Source of the DNA: Desulfocapsa sulfexigens DSM 10523
GTDB taxonomy: Bacteria; Desulfobacterota; Desulfobulbia; Desulfobulbales; Desulfocapsaceae
Assembly (NCBI RefSeq): GCF_000341395.1
Contig: NC_020304.1
Coordinates: 270,001 to 302,000, forward strand
Length of the DNA stretch: 32,000 nucleotides
Reading direction: 5' to 3'
This document shows, piece by piece, positions 28,426-32,000 of the stretch (position 1 is the stretch's first letter; each line of letters starts with the position of its first letter). A model generated the notes under the pieces. It did not search any database, had not been told where the DNA came from, and saw only the letters and a list, made by a program, of their open reading frames with translations. The translations under genes and the position numbers were made by a program.

Positions 28426-29373
28426 ATGTCCATACAAAAATACAAAACCATACAGAGTGAGCAGGGGCAGGCAGCAACAGAATTTATTATTGCTTCGGTT
28501 TTTCTCCTTATTCCGCTTTTTCTTATTATTCCAATACTCGGGAAATATATTGACATCAAACATGCTACCATCAGCCAGGCACGTTTTGAAGCCTGGGAAT
28601 ATACAGTATGGAATGGCCCCAATGAGTACATCAAAAATGATATCAAAAGTAGCCAGAGCTCAGGAAGACGACAATATCAGGACACTCGGAGCAAGGGAAT
28701 GGGCTATTTTTTCAGCGATCCCACTTCTGCAACATACGGCACATCACAGGCATCTTTTCAATTGAATCCCTTATGGGTTGATCACAGGGGGGACTCCCTT
28801 TTCACATCAAGCAGCATTATCAGTGGAGCCATTGCAGAAAAGAAAACTCCAGACGGCCTCAAGGGAGTTCTGGATGTTGTCCTCGAAACTATAAACTTTG
28901 TTCTTAAGATTTTTGGTGACCTCCTGGAGCTTGTTCATGTTGATGGCAAGTTTGACGCAATCTATACCAAGGGCTATTTTACCTCCAATGTGGACGTCAA
29001 ACTCCGTACTCTTGACGACATCCTACCGCAATATTCCCTGGGTAAGGTTAACGTGAGCAAGAAAGTCAGTACTCTTGAAATGCATGCCAAAGCTGCTGTG
29101 CTCACCAATGGCTGGAATGCGGGAAGTACTGAGAATGCAACATCTGAGAGTCGGGGACTGGTAATTACTGCACTACTCAAGCCAGTATCAGACACTATTA
29201 ATGGTGTGATCACTGGACTGAACAACCTGGCTTCCGATGTTCCGGGACTGGAAATCAAAGCCCCTTCCCTACCCGATTTTGGTTATGTGGAAGATGATCT
29301 GATCCCCTATGAATATTTGGAAGGTAACCAGAAAGAATTACGAGACAAATCAGGACTGTACTATTATGAATAG
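28426..29373 (+). CDS. TadE/TadG-like pilus assembly protein
   Basis: IQSEQGQAATEFIIASVFLLIPLFLIIPILGKYIDIKHATISQARFEAWEYTVWNGP (TadE-like GQAATEF plus TM). The first ATG is 28426; the ORF track uses a TTG at 28420. Confidence 0.75.
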   Translation: MSIQKYKTIQSEQGQAATEFIIASVFLLIPLFLIIPILGKYIDIKHATISQARFEAWEYTVWNGPNEYIKNDIKSSQSSGRRQYQDTRSKGMGYFFSDPTSATYGTSQASFQLNPLWVDHRGDSLFTSSSIISGAIAEKKTPDGLKGVLDVVLETINFVLKIFGDLLELVHVDGKFDAIYTKGYFTSNVDVKLRTLDDILPQYSLGKVNVSKKVSTLEMHAKAAVLTNGWNAGSTENATSESRGLVITALLKPVSDTINGVITGLNNLASDVPGLEIKAPSLPDFGYVEDDLIPYEYLEGNQKELRDKSGLYYYE

Positions 29374-30079
29374 TGTTGTAGCCAATACAAGGAGGCCCTG
29401 CAAACTGCCTGTACCTCTACTGGTTTCGATGCTTATAGCATTTTGCAGTATAGCCCATGCAGCAGCTGAAGAATTCCCGGCCCCGGATTGGCTGAACAGG
29501 GAACAGGTCAGTGAAAAAATGATCATTAATGGGATTCCCTCACTGGTACAGCACTTTGAATCCTACAAAACAATTGACGAACTGCTGGAATTCTATCGAA
29601 AACAGTGGAACAACACGACTTCAGAAAAACCGGGATATCGTGAGGCCCATGTACCCCCCTGGCATATTATTTCAAGACTTGATGGCTCCTATCTCTACAC
29701 AGTTCAGGTTCAGCAGTATGGCGCATTCAGCATCCGGGGATATCTAGCTGTTGCTGACCTCAAAGCAATGCAGAGAAGCCTGAAAAACGACCCTCCAGTA
29801 CCCAGGATGAGTGGCAGTAAGATCATCAACGATGTCACAAGTTTTGATCCCGGCAAAAAGGGACGCACTTTGATGCTGGTCAATAAATATTCGGTTGCAA
29901 GCAACAGCAGCTTTTATCGTAATCACTACCTCGAAAGAGGCTGGAAAAGGCTCCTGGATACGGATAGTGAAAACGCATTTGTCATGGTATTCAGAAAGCA
30001 TACAGAAGAAGCGCATCTGGTTATTACCAGTACTCAGGGTTCAACCCAGATTGTCATGAATATTATCGAAGGAATATAA
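29366..30079 (+). CDS. Exported protein of unknown function in the Tad-like locus
   Basis: The ATG at 29366 overlaps the end of the TadE-like gene; signal-like LPVPLLVSMLIAFCSIAHAAAEEFPAPDW; no domain recognised. Confidence 0.65.
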   Translation: MNSVVANTRRPCKLPVPLLVSMLIAFCSIAHAAAEEFPAPDWLNREQVSEKMIINGIPSLVQHFESYKTIDELLEFYRKQWNNTTSEKPGYREAHVPPWHIISRLDGSYLYTVQVQQYGAFSIRGYLAVADLKAMQRSLKNDPPVPRMSGSKIINDVTSFDPGKKGRTLMLVNKYSVASNSSFYRNHYLERGWKRLLDTDSENAFVMVFRKHTEEAHLVITSTQGSTQIVMNIIEGI

Positions 30080-30084
30080 TCTCC

Positions 30085-30471
30085 ATGAAAGCACTTGCAA
30101 ATATCCTTCCGGCCAATATTTTTCAAAATGAAAAAGGCCAGTCAGCGGTAGAATACCTGGTTATCTGCACCGCACTGGTGTCCATACTCCTGATCTCTTC
30201 CTCCCAGGACAGCATGTATAATATTGTGAGCCACACCATGCAGGAAAAATATAAAAGCTATGCGTTCGGAGTATCCATATCCGATCCGCCAAGTAAACAG
30301 TTTGACGATGAAGTGAAACAGGACGCCGACAAAGTAAAAGAAGTACTCAACACTCTATCAAAAATAGAGCGACTCATTTCAGACACCATCGTCCCCGATA
30401 TCATGCATGGAAAAATGCCCTCCACGGACTCGATTAAGGAATTTGCCGACCTGATAAAGTCTCTTTTTTAA
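30085..30471 (+). CDS. Small prepilin-like (TadE/Flp-type N-terminus) protein
   Basis: 128 aa, NEKGQSAVEYLVICTALVSILLISS followed by a hydrophilic helical domain. Confidence 0.65.
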   Translation: MKALANILPANIFQNEKGQSAVEYLVICTALVSILLISSSQDSMYNIVSHTMQEKYKSYAFGVSISDPPSKQFDDEVKQDADKVKEVLNTLSKIERLISDTIVPDIMHGKMPSTDSIKEFADLIKSLF

Positions 30472-30591
30472 TGTATGTACACCAAAACAATTCAAATAAA
30501 ACGGCAACTACCATTTGTAATCCTGTCAAATATATGCGACATCAATAAAAAGCCTTTTTCCAATCCACCTTAAAAGAAATATCGCCTGACC

Positions 30592-32000
30592 ATGGAAAAC
30601 ACGGAACAGAACAAAATAAAAAACAAAACATGGAAGCTCTTTACGGCCGCATTGATTTTTGCATTGCTGGCCGGACTGGGAACAATGCTCTATCTCAACA
30701 TCCTTGAGCAAAGGCTGAAAAAACGCCTTACTCCGCCCCAGAAAGAAATGGTTCAGGTTATTGTCGCCAGCAGGAACCTCCCCACTGGGAGTCTTGTCAA
30801 TACTTCCACGATGTCAGTCCGCCACGTCCCCAGATCCTACGTTAACAGCGACATTTTCACTCCAGATCAATTCGCCTCAATTCAGGGTGCAATCTTAATA
30901 AAACCCCTACAACAGGGAAAAATGCTCGCCCAGGATTATATTGATCTAAAAATCCCAAAGGACTTCTCAGGAACGATCCAGAGTGGGCACCGGGCCATTA
31001 CTATTCAGGTGGATGAAGTAAACTCAATTTCCGGCATGATCAAACCGGGAAACTCCATTGACCTCTTCACCCGGATGTCAGGTAAATCTTTTTCCAACAG
31101 TTCATCGGGTTCACGAGAGGCGATTATTCCGGTTCTTGAAGATGTACTCGTTCTTGCCACCGATAAAATTGCTGCACGGCCCAACGAGGATGAATTCAAA
31201 AATCTTGATTCAGAAGACCGTCGTCGAGCCTACAATACCTTAACCCTGGAAGTAACACCCAAAGAAGCTGCTATTGTTGCAATAGCAGAGTCCCGGGGAG
31301 AGCTTATTTCCATCCTTCGTAACAGCAACGACACCGGAGGAATACTGTTCAGCAAAGTCACCCTTGCAGATCTGCTTGCGCACTCCGATGAAATGCTTGA
31401 ATCCGCAGTCAATAAGCAGCACAATAGAAACCTTGACGGTATCCATCGCAATCAGAACGGACAACTTGTCACCCGGGATGGTGTTGTTATCAAAGACCCC
31501 AATGTCCATCTAAACAAGGATGGACTGCTGGTCACACAAAACGGCACTGTGCTCTCCGGAAGAGATCTAATGGTTGATGCCAATGGCCACATCAGGACCA
31601 AAAATGGAAAGCTGATTGACACTGCAAGCCTGATACCAGGAAAAAATGGGACACTGGTGGATAAAAACGGTAATGTCCTCAGCAGTAACGGATACACAAC
31701 AACCAAAGGTGGCTTCCTTGTAGACAAGAACGGCAATGTCGTTACTCCCGACGGCCATATTATTTCCGGACTCACCGTGGGTAAAGATGGCCAGGTGCGT
31801 ACCAGCAATGGCCGAATAGTAACGGCTGATCACATACGAGTAGGGAAAGATGGTAACGTTCGCCTGACAGACTCTCCTGTGGCTGCCATGACCGTAGACA
31901 AGGATGGAAATGTGCGAACCGCGGATGGCAAACTGGCCAACCCTGAGGACCTTGTCACAGTAGGACCTGACGGAATTGTCCGCGCCAAGGATGGTACAAT
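30592..32000 (+). CDS. cpaB: CpaB/RcpC-like Flp pilus assembly protein with a long repetitive C-terminal extension (partial at the window edge)
   Basis: Open from ATG 30592 to the window end (469 codons): MENTEQNKIKNKTWKLFTAALIFALLAGLGTMLYLNILEQ..., VQVIVASRNLPTGSLVNTSTMSVRHVP, QGAILIKPLQQGKML, HRAITIQVDEVNSISGMIKPGNSIDLFT, RRAYNTLTLEVTPKEAAIVAIAESRGELISILRN; then a DG/NG repeat region. Confidence 0.85.
   Translation, partial: MENTEQNKIKNKTWKLFTAALIFALLAGLGTMLYLNILEQRLKKRLTPPQKEMVQVIVASRNLPTGSLVNTSTMSVRHVPRSYVNSDIFTPDQFASIQGAILIKPLQQGKMLAQDYIDLKIPKDFSGTIQSGHRAITIQVDEVNSISGMIKPGNSIDLFTRMSGKSFSNSSSGSREAIIPVLEDVLVLATDKIAARPNEDEFKNLDSEDRRRAYNTLTLEVTPKEAAIVAIAESRGELISILRNSNDTGGILFSKVTLADLLAHSDEMLESAVNKQHNRNLDGIHRNQNGQLVTRDGVVIKDPNVHLNKDGLLVTQNGTVLSGRDLMVDANGHIRTKNGKLIDTASLIPGKNGTLVDKNGNVLSSNGYTTTKGGFLVDKNGNVVTPDGHIISGLTVGKDGQVRTSNGRIVTADHIRVGKDGNVRLTDSPVAAMTVDKDGNVRTADGKLANPEDLVTVGPDGIVRAKDGT
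31450..32000 (+). repeat. In-frame degenerate protein repeats, consensus about (K/D)(D/N)GxVxTxDGxVx..., roughly 18-24 aa period, in the CpaB-like protein
   Basis: Units read directly: NQNGQLVTRDGVVIK, NKDGLLVTQNGTVLS, DANGHIRTKNGKLID, KNGTLVDKNGNVLSSNG, FLVDKNGNVVTPDGHIIS, GKDGQVRTSNGRIVT, GKDGNVRLTDSPVAA, DKDGNVRTADGKLAN, GPDGIVRAKDGT; continues past the window. Confidence 0.85.

Noticed and set aside
31450-32000. Considered whether the repeats might be a CRISPR or DNA-level tandem array
   Set aside because: The repeats are degenerate at DNA level, in frame, and conserved mainly as protein motif (DG/NG spacing), so this is a protein repeat, not CRISPR or a satellite.
1-32000. Searched for tRNA/rRNA genes, integrases, transposases, toxin-antitoxin or defence genes
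   Set aside because: None could be recognised by reading; the MazG-like protein (25470..25772) is the housekeeping pyrophosphohydrolase type, not a toxin-antitoxin component.

Overview
This 32 kb window looks like a sulfate-reducing Desulfobacterota chromosome, probably Desulfobulbales-like (taxonomy is inferred from dsrMKJOP and general protein character). Most of it is core genome. From left to right it contains: a partial RNase E/G (-); lptD, a DHH/DHHA1 phosphoesterase, MltB-like and MltA-like lytic transglycosylases, a methyltransferase, a small secreted protein and an NlpC/P60 lipoprotein (+); an orphan CsgG-like protein, aroA, aroE, aroD, a DUF1232 protein, pyrD and pyrK (-); a type IV prepilin peptidase (+); a flavodoxin-like protein (-); the dsrMKJOP operon with an RsbRD_N-like gene at its head (-); a Prc-type S41 protease (-); and a MazG-like pyrophosphohydrolase (+). 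The most interesting region is 25.9-32.0 kb (+), the start of an atypical Tad/Flp-like pilus locus that runs off the window. It encodes four proteins with prepilin-like G|Q...TM N-termini. One of them is a TadG-like protein whose highly charged coiled-coil is split by a -1 frame change at an A7/A6 tract. The locus also encodes an unknown exported protein and a CpaB homologue whose C-terminus becomes a long repeat array of the type 'KDGNVRTxDG'. No tRNA, rRNA, CRISPR array or transposon could be supported.
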